A stretch of 60,717 bases of DNA, counting the filler, from Sphacelaria rigidula (lineage: Eukaryota), in NCBI GenBank assembly GCA_964200075.2. It is 9 parts of 9 records of this genome, joined end to end, with 100 filler letters (N's around TTAATTAATTAA, not from the genome) between each part and the next. Parts side by side here need not be neighbours in the genome. Positions count along the whole stretch, not along the records: positions 33,790 to 40,446 come from CAXNAA020018791.1; positions 40,547 to 47,203 come from CAXNAA020018792.1; positions 47,304 to 53,960 come from CAXNAA020018793.1; 6 more parts are not named here. One strand, written 5' to 3'. Position 1 is the stretch's first letter; every line of letters begins with the position of its first letter. Shown in pieces: positions 36,927-49,663 of this stretch. Under the pieces are notes generated by a model. It was not told the origin of the DNA. It saw only the letters and a list, made by a program, of their open reading frames with translations, and made no database searches. Both the position numbers and the translations under genes were made by a program.

Positions 36927-39900
36927 CCCCCCCACTGACGTCTCGCACTCTCCTGTCGTTGGGCACCCAGAGGGTCACTCACATACATGTAGGGTAAAAA
37001 CAACGATGAATAACACTCCCCAAGTTCAAATTGGATATATCTGTTGTTTATGCCGCACCACCGCCCTTGCTGGCATGTGTGTGACAGAGAACAGTATTAG
37101 CGATGATGGGAATATTGCTCTATTTTTCAACATGTGTTTCAGCGCACAGAGGCGCGTCCTGTCCAAAAGGAGAGACAGAGAAAAACCGACCTTCGCATTG
37201 GTGAGCTCGACAGGCAAGAAGAGACGAAATCTCTCCGCAGCTCGATGCTCTGGCACATGGAAAATTAGGTACATGCTGGTAACGTCGATGATGCCAGTCT
37301 CTCGAGCGATTGGTAATCGCCGAGCGAGGACACACAAGGGACACGGGCGAGTAGCTTCCTCTCTGTCGTTGCTTCTCTCTCTCTGGTGATATCGTCGTCG
37401 ACACGCGTGTACACCGCACTCATTAGGTGCACCTAGCCACAACTGATTAACTGCTGCAGTTTCGGGGGGAAAGATTGTTTCGCTCTGTGTAACTGTGTCG
37501 CATCACCCCTGCACAACGGATATGCCACTTGAACCTCATTTTTGAGATGGATCCCATTTTACAGGATCCGCTATTGAATGCACCAAATATGGATATCGCT
37601 TCTCAGGTTTTGAGAGTTGTGCTCTGAAATTTCGTATGAAGAATCGCTAGTGCATAATAATAAAACGAATCAGCTCTTTTCTCCAATTTTGTTTGTATTA
37701 TTAGGGGAGTTTTAAGGGAAAATGGACAATGTTCTCGTACCTTCTCTCAGTTTTTCAGCTCAACTTCTAGAATTGTGATTTGAAACTATCATGGGGAATC
37801 GCAAAGGCATGCCAAAAACAAAAATGAACCTTCATTTTTTTTGTTTTCAGATATAGGTATGGATGTTCTCGTAAAAATATGGTCTTCATTATATTTTACC
37901 CTTTTGAAGCCCTCCCGTCCCGGCGTGTGATCTGATATTTTCAGCTTATGTCAAGGGTAAACTCATGTCATGTACGCTACTGCACTCTGTCGTTATACGG
38001 CACCAAACTGCGGTTCGACCATTCCATAACGACGACGAGGATGTCATGTACCCCGCCGTAATACATTTTCCTGGGGCAGCGTAGGCGCGGGCCGTTACTT
38101 TGGCATATCCTCTACAGGCTGTGACTTTGTAGGCTGTGATTTTACGGCGTATCTCATCCTGCGCTTTGTGCTGTACGTTTCCACGACACCACGTCTATAC
38201 TGAGGGTTGGTCATGTCTGAACGTTGCACAGCCGTACTTTGTGCTGCGTGAGGTGTGTTACTCCTGCTGGTGCTATCGCGTTTGGACAATCTGTCCTCGT
38301 GGGCGGCGTTGAGGTTTCATGCAATGATATTGCATACCTTCTGTCTGCTGGTATGGAAGACCGTAACATCGTTATTCAGTTATACTGTACGGTAGTGAAG
38401 TGTAGTTACTGGCTGTAGTTGTAGTTGGGTTAGGCTGGTCGCCAAAGGCTGTCCCGGTCGTTTGTCGACCGTTTTGCTAGTATATCGCCGGTCTGGACGC
38501 TTGTCATCACGTCCGCCTGGTGTCTTCTACATAATCCTGCGTGCCTCGCAGCGTTTTTACTTGCCGCGGTTACTGTGTTGACGTTTGGTAAGCGAGCGGG
38601 GGGCGCGGGGGGCGCCGGGGGGTAGTGGGCTGCCCCAACCGCTCTTGCAGCTTTTTCAGCGAAACGCCTGGCAGCGTCCTAGCCGTGCTTCTCAGCCCCC
38701 TCTTCCAGCTGAGCGTGAATTGCATATGGGTCGCTTATCAGCTCTTCACATGTGGCGACGGGGTTTCCACGTGCTCCGCCATATCGCTGCCGCCGGCCGT
38801 ATAGTGCGGGTTCCTCCGCTCGCCAAGTGTTGATGATGCAGCCCACCGAAACAGCACACTACTCTAATTTCAAGTATTCTAGTGCGCTACTTTGAGTTCA
38901 AGTATACTCATGTGATATATTCGTGCATCGAACTCGGATTGAGGTATTTCACAGATTCTACTGACAAAAATCACATATATATAGGAGTTTTGTGCTGTTT
39001 TGCGAGAGTTTTGTCGATGCACACAATTGGACACACTTCGCCCGTCGCGTGATATCATTGGACAAACCCAACCCGACCGCTTCGGGGTTTCATTTTCGTT
39101 ACATCCATGACGTGTGCGTCTAGAGTCTTCTTGGGTCTGCTACAGAAAAAATTGTTGCCATCGGTCTTTTCTGTTTCCATATTTTCTTCTTTGTCAGGGC
39201 TTCTCACAATGAGGCGTCTAGCCCAGTACAGAGGAGTAGGTGAACACATCCCCACAGGGCCTGACAGTGACTGTCTCCGAATACAGACAGTAGGCGGGGG
39301 CATAAGTGAGGTAAATGTGCCGTCGGGGTCGCCTTTGATATTGCAACTTAGGCGCAGGTTTGCTTCGATGTGATGCAAAGCATCTACTGCAGGTGCGGCA
39401 TGAAGATTGCTTTACGGAAAGTCAGCTGTGCACTCTGGCCGGGGTTAGAAAACACCGACAGGTCGAACAATTCGTCATGCCCGTAAAATACAGAACCTTT
39501 GAACCTTCTTTTCTTCCACGTTCCATTCGCACGGGTCTGAAAAACACGCTTTGGGCGAATCGTTTGCTCAAAGGCTGTTGAAAAAACCACCATTTCTTGC
39601 CCGAAAAAAACTTCAAATGTAAATTGTCAATTTTTTATCAACGGTTCCAAAAGGGAACAAGTGAAAAAAAAATCAACGTTTCCCAATTGTTTGTTTCATT
39701 ATGGCCAATCATAGCGAAGTCCCCCACAAAGTTTCAAAACACACGTACCAAACCTGGGCCGGTAAATGGCCTGTAAAATATTATTCAGAATTTCTCCCGG
39801 CCCAATTCCTAAATCGCCCCGCCCCGACTTACCACAATTTCGAGAGCTGAACTTTCGAGTTTGGTACGGAGGAAGAATGGGGCATACTATGGAAGGTTTT

Positions 39901-40366
39901 CAGGGCAATGAGTTGTTTTCATATATTCGTGAGTGAACGGCGTTTTCCTGAAAAATGTGTTCTGATAATGACCATTCACTCACGAAAAAAAACAAAAAAC
40001 TTCTTGTTCCTGACACGTATTTTTTGGTATGCCCCATTCTTCCTCCGCACCAAATGTGAAAGTCCAACTCCCAAAATTGAGGTGAGGCGGGGTCTGCAAA
40101 CCATGAATTCGCGTCTAGGCCAGCCTAGCTCGTTCTACTTCCTCTATCCCATGAATTAGGGCTTTGGGTTCACACAGGGGGTTCATCTCATCGGCGTGAA
40201 TCACCCTAACGGTGCGCGTGTGTGTGTTGTGGAGTGTGTTGTCATTATCTATTCTGGACGCCAGTTTACGTCGTTCGGTATTTGTGGGCGCGTCAGCCGG
40301 GGTCACACAGGAGGAAGGCCAACACAAAAGCTTTTTCTCTTATATTTTGTTCTAGTACTCTGATCC

Positions 40367-40446
40367 GGTCGCCCCGGCGGCTCAGTTGGTAACCTCGAAA
40401 CCTCCTGACGGTTGAGTAGTGGGTTCAATTCTCGGAGCGATCTGGG
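40367..40446 (+). mobile_element. tRNA-derived SINE head, copy 2 (truncated by contig end)
   Basis: Homologous to 13347-13416; A-box-like CGGCTCAGTTGG and B-box-like GGTTCAATTCT. Confidence 0.7.
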
Positions 40447-42149
40447 NNNNNNNNNNNNNNNNNNNNNNNNNNNNNNNNNNNNNNNNNNNNTTAATTAATT
40501 AANNNNNNNNNNNNNNNNNNNNNNNNNNNNNNNNNNNNNNNNNNNNGTGCTTGCCTTTATTTGTGATCGCGAGAGAGGTTCAGCAATCCCTTTCCCTCGT
40601 CGACCGTTAAGTCGAATTTTGTGTACCCACGACATAGTCGCTCTCCACTGTGTGTGCGTGCGTGTATTCCTTGTAAAAAATATGTCTTCTTGGCGTTACT
40701 TACGCTCTAACCCCCTTCGTTCCGCTGCCTTCCTTCCTCTCCCCCCTCCGTGTCCTGGGGTGCAGGGGGTGCGGTTAGCGCTTTCCCATCTTGTATGTTT
40801 TCTCTCCCTATTTGCATGCCCCCCCTTCTCCATGGATGGTGACGAATTTTATTTATTTTTCTTTGCAAGGGATGAATCGAGAGTTCCGCGATATCGGACA
40901 GCATTCGGACCTTGAAAGAAGAAAAAAATGAAAATGATGCCGCCATATATACATAGTAAGTCATACACATACAGCTAATTGTTGATGGGTACGCACCGAT
41001 GAACATGTACAACTGCAGCACCGCCGGCAGGCAGGCTGATCCCACCGATTGAACTCGGTTATTATGCTGATTTTGGGATCGATTCGTCCCCCGACGGCCA
41101 CACCCGCCGTATATATGGGCTGACGGCATTGTTGGTGATGCCAAATGGCGACAGCGCGTGAATTATCGACAAGACCGCGCGGCGCACGCCGGGGCGGTTG
41201 TACGGCGTGGTAATACGGAACCTACGTTTGGAGGGGCATTATGCCTCTGCTCGGGTGGTTTGCCCCGGGGTCAGTTTCCCCCCCTCAACTGAAGGCCCCA
41301 AGTGATCAAATCGAAATCCTGCCTCCCACTACTACTGAAGTACTACAAAAATATACCGGACACGCACGGCACTGACGACATGTCCGCACGGTAGATGACT
41401 GTATCATATGAGACAGGACAACATTTGTTTACTGATACCTTGGCTGCGGTGGCTGACGAGGAGGGCAGGTAACCAGAAATAAGCCACACGTACGTGTGGT
41501 TCATGGACTCATCACATGCAATCGCTGTGTACGGTTGATTGGTTCTTGGGGATGCGCAGTGTGGTCACGTGTATATTTGACTGTTATCTTGGATATGATT
41601 TGAGCCCGTTGTATTGCAAGTGATAATGGACTGGCCATACTTGATCCAAGTGATAGGTACGTGGGCCTATACATGATTGCATGAAGTAGTATACATGAAC
41701 ACTGAACCCAAGTGACTCGCATGGGCTTTTTTAGTCTCATGTCAAGTATTTGGTTTTGTTGGACAGCCCCATCCTGAGGTATATAACCAATGCAACGCAC
41801 GGGTAGTACAATGAATGTCTTCCCCTGTATACCACCCCAACCGCCCCCCGTCCTGAGCCCCAGATTTTAACATTTGAGACTGACGATGTATGTATGGTGT
41901 CTCGAATACAACCTGTGGGGATCCTTGATGTCGAAGTACATGGTCGATCGGGACGTGAAAGAACGCTTGACCAGGCAAACTGATATCTACGCTGGCGAGT
42001 GGCACGTCGAAACTAACGCTGTGGTGCGGTTCAGTTGTTGTCTTCATTTAAATAAGAAAACGTCCCGATAGTTCAGTCCAACGGTAAAATGTACCGAGTT
42101 CCTACAGCACCGGTACTACTAGTACATCCAAGGAATGCTTCGGTATTTT

Positions 42150-42605
42150 TCGACAGTAGAGGTATCTCAAACTTGAGTTTCCCGGTTTAATCAACGGTGA
42201 ATTACTGTTGGACGTACCAGGAGCCTCGAGTTCGAGATACCTGAAAAAAGCGATGGCTGCCGGTATATCGTGTGAACACGGCTGGATCCCTGAGGGGTCA
42301 GTTATTTGACAGCGAAGATCCAAAGAACACCGACCGGATGCTATTATAACGTTCCGCAATCGACTTCTATTGTAGCTGTATGCAGAAACCTCGAGTTCGA
42401 GATACTTCTAGCAAGCGATGGCTGCTGGTATAGCAAAGGTCCAAAGCACACCGGATGCGGGAGAATTTATCGTAACGTTCCGCAACCTCGAGTTCGAGAT
42501 ACTGTACCCGAATGATCAAGTAAGAAATACCTATTTTTCGAAAAATTAAGATCAAAGATCCAAAGCACACTGGATGCGGCGGAATTTGTTGTAACGTTCC
42601 ACAAG
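42150..42605. repeat. Modular degenerate repeat cluster
   Basis: CCTCGAGTTCGAGATAC x3 (~42223, 42389, 42486) plus an inverted copy at ~42160-42180; GATCCAAAG(C/A)ACAC.GGATGC...TAACGTTCC x3 (~42317, 42439, 42557). Confidence 0.75.
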
Positions 42606-45242
42606 TAACTGGTTCAGGGCATGACTCGGAGGTCAGGTGCCCGCGTTATGAACCATAGCACCAGGTCGTTTGGTAGGAAGGCTATCTTTCTGTATTCGTT
42701 CAGCGGTAAACGGGTACCCACCCCTCTCCAACCTTGGTTGGATTCATTTGACGCTGTCCAGAGTTGGCTCACTTTCGCCAGGCGGTCAACAGAACAGAGC
42801 TTCATCTCTCCACCGTAGCCGTTTGTATCCATCTGTTGAAAAAAGACGCGATTATTTCTCATCGAAACGCCACCTTATGCTCTTGACAGTAGTAGCCTGT
42901 CACAACGCACGAATTTGTTACCGTTGTACATCACATCATCACACCACAGCTATCGGCCCCTGCTCGATCCAATACCACTCCCAGCTCTCGAACCAGCACC
43001 CTTTTACAGCATCATAGACACGTTGGCTATCAGAGGACCGAGAGCGGCAGCAAGGAGAAGCAAAGTGACCAGCTAAAAGGTGACAGACCCCACAAACCCA
43101 GAGCACCAGCGAGCATTATATATCTATACAGGAACTGCCTAGGAGGTTTCAACGGGCCCATACCACCCAGCTGATCAACGAGGTGAGTCTAGAACTAGTA
43201 ATGGTACAGAATGCTAGTGTATCGTTGAGATTCGCTGCATCCCCTCGAGCTTCCGATAGAGTCAGCTGCACGCAATATCTGTGTCCTTGGACGGAATGCC
43301 GCCATGTTGCCTGCTATGTGTACATGGTCAAACTCCCAATTCTGGTTCTAGAAAGTCGTGCCAATGACTACCGTCGAGTTTGGTTGTGTCATGCGGTAGG
43401 TGATTTGGTCCCTTCGACCGGCTGTCTACCGCGCTGCGAAAAATGACGCTTTCGCCCGCCCCGCGGGTTGTATGCCCACCCCTAGCACGTAAACGTAAAC
43501 TTCACAACACAAGTGAAACGGCGTAAAAATAATAGCCATTATTATAGATATTTGTGAAGAATAAATCACCACTTGCTTTGCTACCACCGCTACCGCTACA
43601 GGCCAAAAACCTGGCCTAATTATATTTGCGGTCTGATCCAGTACAGTAGCACAAGGGAAGCACAATCAGCAATAAAGACCACGATCATTGCTCTGATCTT
43701 TGCCAGCGTGTGCCACTGTGGCTGCGATGTTTGCCTTCGGACGTACTCTGTGAGCCATCAACAACAACGTTTCCGTGAAATTGAGAGTTGAAGGTACAAC
43801 AGAGAGTTAAAAGCGGTCAACTAGTGGATAATAAGCCGTTTCAGTTCCGAAATGCACCTCCACCAGGCTCAATACACTCCCTGTAGCAGCTTGTCACTGA
43901 GGCCCTCGAAACCCCTGAGTAGGATATCAACGTGTAGCTGTAAGCACATGACAGTTATGAGGCGACGAAAAGCGCACACGGAATGAAAAGTTGGCCAAGT
44001 TAAAGCGAATGATCAAAGCCACTCTCAATCCCCACCCAACTCTCAATCTCACGAAAACCTTGTTCAACGCAATATTTGACGAAGAACGGCTACAATACCT
44101 CCTGGGATACTGTGCCGTACGAAAGCTATAATAATAGTGTAGGAGTGACCGCAATATGTTTGTACTATACCGGGTTACTTCAAGCCCAAAAGCACCGCAA
44201 GAAATGATCTTTAATATACACACCGGATTTTGTGCGGACGTCTTTTCACCGGATAAAGTAAGGTAGAAAATCTTCGCACTGCTGACCACAAGGCCTGATC
44301 ATCGGAAAGATCCTCGGAAATCCGTGTACTGACACATCTCGCGTCGTCAACGACACTGTAGCCATCAAGAACGTCACATGTGACTAGTGCTTCAAAATTT
44401 TTCGCACCATGGTGCGCTCCCAATCACTTCAACGGAAGGCGTCACTGCTCAGCTTTCGCGATCCACCTTGAGATCTCAGGACAGCAGGCCGGTGGTTATT
44501 TTACCTAGAACGATTCCATGTTTTTCCATGACATTATTCCTGCCTTGGCATGACGCTGGGTACACACCAGGAAGTTGCAGTTCATTCATAGCTAGGCATA
44601 TGGTGCCCCTCTTCAGCCGCGCATCGTAGTCATGCACTCACTTGGTGACATGATGAAAATTTCCTATGATACATACACGCCCGTCCGCGCGCGCACTCAG
44701 TAGGCCAGATGGTGCTTTTACAGCGCATTTCTCTCGAGGAATCCCAACATAGCGGTTGCGTGAAAGGACGTAGTTCCCATCTTGTCCTATTGCCCTCCTC
44801 CATCCTGGTTGTCTTGAAAGTGTGATATTTGACGATCGGTCAGACGGTTCAACTTTTGTTTTGAAAACTAAGCACCACATTCTCCCCTAGTATGCATCCT
44901 TGAATCCGTGCTATTTTCTACAGTACTGTCGAACTTCGTCCGTGCACTTGCTACCCCGAACACAAACCTCCACCCCAACTACACCCAAGAACCGCAAAAC
45001 GACTTCAAACCACGGCGTCTAGACGTCCCTGAGAAACAAAAGTCGCCCCTCTCCTCCCCATTCATTGCACGGGTCAAGGTGCGTGGGTTGTGGTCTGTGT
45101 CGAATGGCAATTTTCAGGGTAAATATCTATGACCTCCACACAGTATTTTGAAGTCAGACGTACGACGGGAAGTTGGTTACATTTGACTGGCCCCCTTCCC
45201 TTCTCCCCCCCCCCCCTGCGGCCGTCGTACATCCCAGGTGAA

Positions 45243-45560
45243 ATGACATACCCACAGCTGCCGAACGGCGCGACCGCAGGGCCTATGGGCGGTCCTCACT
45301 TATTCTACACGTTCCCATCCCAGCAGCATGTTGTCTACGCTGTGCCGTACGGACAAGCCTACGTCCTGTGGGGCACGGTATACGTGCCTGTTGTTGTGCA
45401 TAATGGTGATGGTGTGAGAGGGGGGGGAGGTGGTGCGAGTAGGCCTCCCGTGATTGTGGAACAGCCTCTGTGGGTGCAAGGCGTGGACATGTATAATGGG
45501 AGGATGGTTTTGAGACACTCTGTCACCGGAGAGAGGATTTACCCCAACCCGCGCTCGTAG
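45243..45560 (+). CDS. Small Pro/Tyr/Gly-rich protein (or terminal exon) with C-terminal WW-like motif
   Basis: Polypyrimidine acceptor ...catcccAG at 45237 and upstream donor AAG|GTGCGT at 45079; PLWVQGVDMYNGRMVLRHSVTGERIYPNP follows WW spacing (W-x4-D-x3-GR...TGE-x2-aromatic-x2-P). Confidence 0.55.
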   Translation: MTYPQLPNGATAGPMGGPHLFYTFPSQQHVVYAVPYGQAYVLWGTVYVPVVVHNGDGVRGGGGGASRPPVIVEQPLWVQGVDMYNGRMVLRHSVTGERIYPNPRS

Positions 45561-46753
45561 GCGATAAAATCAGCTGTTGAAAGCAAAGCAAACCAAGCCG
45601 CCGTTCAATCGAAAGTATGACACGTAAGTCAGCGTAGTCATCAAAGATAAAATCTTCGCATGGATGGACTAAATCGAGTACCTGGAGAGTACCTCCGGTG
45701 ACGAAAGTGTACGTTGAGCATGAAGTCAAGTCAAGGATCGGAGAAACACCAGGGGCGAACGTAACAAGCAAACGTGTTGCGGAAAAAAATACGTCCGCAA
45801 CAGGGACCTTTTGGTGAAAGATGAAGATGGCATAAACTGAGTCGAATACACGCATAATGTTACACATCTCCAGGCATACAAACTATAGTGTTCTCGAGCA
45901 GACATGAGGGGTAAAGTGCAGGAGCGAGGAGGCTAAAGGGAAGATCAGTGCCGGTGGGGAAGCTGGTTGGGATTTGCCGCAACCAAATATTCGTGTGGGA
46001 GTTTGGACTGGGCATTAATTTTAGTACTTACGTCTACTTTGTTGATAAGCATTGGGGGAGCATTGGGGTCTTTTGGATGGGGTTCAGGGTATCATCGCTG
46101 GGGAAGGATACATACGAACATACCCAACACTCTGCAGAGGTAAAGACGGCGGCGCGATAGGAGTAGGTGTGTCCAAATCGAGTTGTGTTGCAATAACGTA
46201 AAGTCGCTTCGCGGTGGGGGGGAAGGGTACTCTTCTTTGGCGTGAAAGGGCCAAATGCTGAGAAGTCGAAATATGTCTCTTGAAAGCACTACCTGGCGTA
46301 ATGCGCGTGTAGTCGAGATACGTATGTTCGGACGCAGAAAAGAGTGTACGGAGTCACACAAGACATGCAGGTTCTCAAGGCATACATACACAGCGCGCCA
46401 GGCTATCGTTTACAGGGTGAAATATTCTCCAGCTGCTAGATATCCCGGGGTTGAAGGGGGGGTTAGGGGTGGGGGGTAGGGACAATAGTTGGGCAGTGCC
46501 TTGCCTTCGCATGAGTGGCCGACTAAGCGCGTAAATACAGTAGTAGGGTTAGTGATGGTACAACTTTTCATCTCCCATGGTGATGTAGGCTACCCAGAGG
46601 ACTCTGCGCTCGGAGCTGGTCCTGGGTTCGCTGATGTAGGGTATGGTCGAGAAACGTCCTGCCCGGATATGGTTTATTAGCGCTTGAAATCTTCATCGCG
46701 TATTCAGCCGTGTGAGTTCCGGCGGGAGGGGGCATCCGAGTTCGTGGGGAGAT

Positions 46754-46754
<1 letters not shown>

Positions 46755-46784
<30 letters not shown>

Positions 46785-46912
46785 GTAGTGGTGGTGGCAA
46801 TGGTAGTGGCGCGGCGGTGGTGATGGTTCTGGTGGTAATGGTCCTGGTGGTCATGGTGGTAATGGTGGTGGTAGTGGTGGCAGTGGTGGTAGTGGTGGCA
46901 GTGGTGGTGGGG
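46755..46912. repeat. (GTT)n and degenerate (GGT)n microsatellite
   Basis: Directly visible; it explains the poly-V and poly-T ORFs. Confidence 0.95.
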
Positions 46913-47391
46913 TGAGGAGGTGGGGCGGTCAAGATATCTGTAGCGCAGTCGTAGTCAAGTGGTTCGGCACAATAAAATCCAATCATCGATAAGCCCAATT
47001 GTCTACTTACCAGCGGCTGTTCTGGTCGGTTTCGCCTTCTACCTAAGTGGTGACTTCGCCGTGCCCCCGATGTTGATGGTCGACCAATGGTGGGATGTGT
47101 GGCGTACATGATGTCTGCGAAAGATACGATAATTTCACGTTTAGGACGAATTATCACGGGTTCGAGTCACCAAATCCACGATTTCTTCGGCCTGATTGCC
47201 CAANNNNNNNNNNNNNNNNNNNNNNNNNNNNNNNNNNNNNNNNNNNNTTAATTAATTAANNNNNNNNNNNNNNNNNNNNNNNNNNNNNNNNNNNNNNNNN
47301 NNNCGCTTGGCTCCGAGGTTTCGAGATTGGCCGATGAACAAAAAATTGTGGGCAAAAATCTGTGCTTGTCGACCCCCGCCAGTTTGCCTTG

Positions 47392-48261
47392 GACCATCTT
47401 TTATGGCAGTCACCTTCTCGATTTTTTCGAGCATCGGGGAAAACGAATCGGGGAACGCATTTTATGGATCCCCATTTGTACCAAATCGGAGGAGAATAAT
47501 CGGAGTGTCACGATCTTAGAACAATTTCCCTCGATTTTTGGAGAAAATTGGGGGAAATCGTTCCGAGATCGTGACTCTCTCCGATGGTTTTGAGGTGACG
47601 TACGTGCATTGACGTACAATGGTGGGGTACGAGGCGTTTGATATTTTTGCAACCGCAGCAGCACACAGTCTCGTGACAGCTCACAGGGTGTGCCTGCCCT
47701 CGCCAGCTGCTGAAGCAGCTTCACACGAGGTTTGACGAGCGGATAATAAGTGCTCACGCCGTACCCTGCGGCGATGGTAATATTTTATGCTGCGCTGCGC
47801 TGCCATATGTATCACCATGACAAACGGTACCGTACTCTCCTAGCCTGTTGTCGATGTACTTGCAGGGCGATGCATGGCACTGCACTGCTGAGCTCTGCTC
47901 GCGCACTGTTTGTTCACTATTCTCGCGATGCCAACTGTGCCATCATGTACTACCGCACTGGATCACCATGTACTGTAGTGATGTGGTGTCCTACACTGTA
48001 TTACCCAAGTGTACCAAGATACGACACTGTACTCGAAGGATTGTGTACCATCTGCCTGCTCTTCGGCTTCATGCACGAGTACGCAGTACCACACCCCTGC
48101 AAAAAATGACCATCTGGGTACAGAACTGTTTCACAAATCTGTGATACTGTCTGTACCATAGAACGGTCCCTCCGATTTTGAGTTCGCGATTTTGGATCCC
48201 CCCGATTTTTTCAGTGTCGGGTTCTCAAAAGAATCGAGATTCGTTGCCATAAAAGCTGGTC
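47392..48261. mobile_element. Non-autonomous TIR element (PIF/Harbinger-like), copy 1 of tandem pair
   Basis: TIR GACCATCTTTTATGGCA ... TGCCATAAAAGCTGGTC; collinear with 48266-49070. Confidence 0.8.
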
Positions 48262-48265
48262 TTTA

Positions 48266-49070
48266 GACCCATTTTTATGGAAACGAATCTCGATTTTTTC
48301 GAAATCGGGTGGAAGAAAAATCGGGGAACGCATTGTATGGACACGGATTTGGACCAAATCGGGAACGAAAACATCGCGGGGTCACGGTCTCGGAACGGCA
48401 TATGGTTCCGAGATCGTGACTCCCCCCGATTGTTTTGAGGTGACGTACGTGCATGGACCATGATGCCAGAGTACGAGGCATTTGATATTTTTGCAACGGC
48501 AGTAGAAGACAGTTTTGTGACAGCACAGGGCGTGCCTACTGCTCGCCCCCGCTACTGAAGCAGCTTCGCACGGGGTTTGACGAGCGGATAATAAGTGATC
48601 ACGCCGTACTTTGCGACGATGGTAATATTTTATGCTGCGCTGCGCTGCCGTATGTATCACCATGACACGGTACTGTACTCTCCTAGCTGTTGTCGCTGTA
48701 CTTGAGGGGTGATGTAAGGCACTGCACTATTGAACTCTGCTCGCGCCCTGTTTGTTCTCTATTCTCGCAGTACCGGCACTGCCATCATGTACTACCACAC
48801 GGGATTATTCTACGGTACCAAGGTACGAACCTGTACTCGAAGGATTGTGTACCGCCTGCCTGCTCTTCGGCCTCATGCACAAGTACGCAGTACCACCTTC
48901 ATGCAGTAAATGACCGTCTATGTACAGAACCGTTTCACAAATCTGTGATACTGTACTGCCCGTGCCATAAAACGGTCCCCCGAATTTTGAGTCCACGAAT
49001 TTGAGTCCCCCCGATTTTTTCAAAATCGGGATCCCAAAAACATCAAGATCCGTTGCCATAAAAGTGGGTA
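48266..49070. mobile_element. Non-autonomous TIR element (PIF/Harbinger-like), copy 2
   Basis: TIR GACCCATTTTTATGGAAACGAATCT ... AGATCCGTTGCCATAAAAGTGGGTA; TTA on both sides (48263-48265, 49071-49073). Confidence 0.82.
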
Positions 49071-49204
49071 TTAGTATTAGTAGCGTTTGTAGTAGATGAG
49101 ATGCAATATTTTCCTTTCCACAGCCTTTTGTTTTTCACGACTGGGTATGAGAGTGGTTCTGCGCATGACCTTGTACGCCGAAGCCATGTGGCAGAGACTG
49201 GCCA

Positions 49205-49263
49205 TTTCTTTTCTTTTCTTTTCTTTTCTTTTCTTTTCTTTTCTTTTCTTTTCTTTTCTTTTC
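49205..49263. repeat. (TTTTC)n microsatellite
   Basis: Directly visible. Confidence 0.96.
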
Positions 49264-49292
49264 ATTCATTCATTTTTTTTCTTCGCGTCTTA

Positions 49293-49663
49293 AGCCGCTC
49301 CTTATAACAGACAAAAATAAAAAATCTGTAAAAATGCATTTTTAGAGATTTCACGTCGTTTTACGCCTCAAAAGAGAGCTAGGCGGAGTTTGGCACCTTG
49401 GAATGACTTACTTTAAAGTGGCATATTTTTTCTGGGCTTGACTGTTTTTTACCGTTCCTGGACAAAAAAATCTTGTTTGGCCAAAATGAAAAGTGTGGCC
49501 ACCGGAAAATGGGAAGATGTCCTTGAACCGCCTCGACTGGTAGAGTAAGTCATTCCGAGGTGTTAAAGTCCGCCAAGCTCTCTTTTGGGGCGTAAAACGA
49601 CGTAAAAGCTCCAAAAAAACACTTTTCCAGATTTTTTATTTTGGTCTATTATAAGGAGCGGCC
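49293..49663. mobile_element. Tourist-like MITE with ~120-bp TIRs and TTA TSD
   Basis: AGCCGCTCCTTATAACAGAC... / ...GTCTATTATAAGGAGCGGCC; TTA at 49290-49292 and 49664-49666. Confidence 0.9.

Noticed and set aside
43950..44400. ORF-like degraded segment, possibly viral
   Set aside because: Multiple stops and no recognisable motif.
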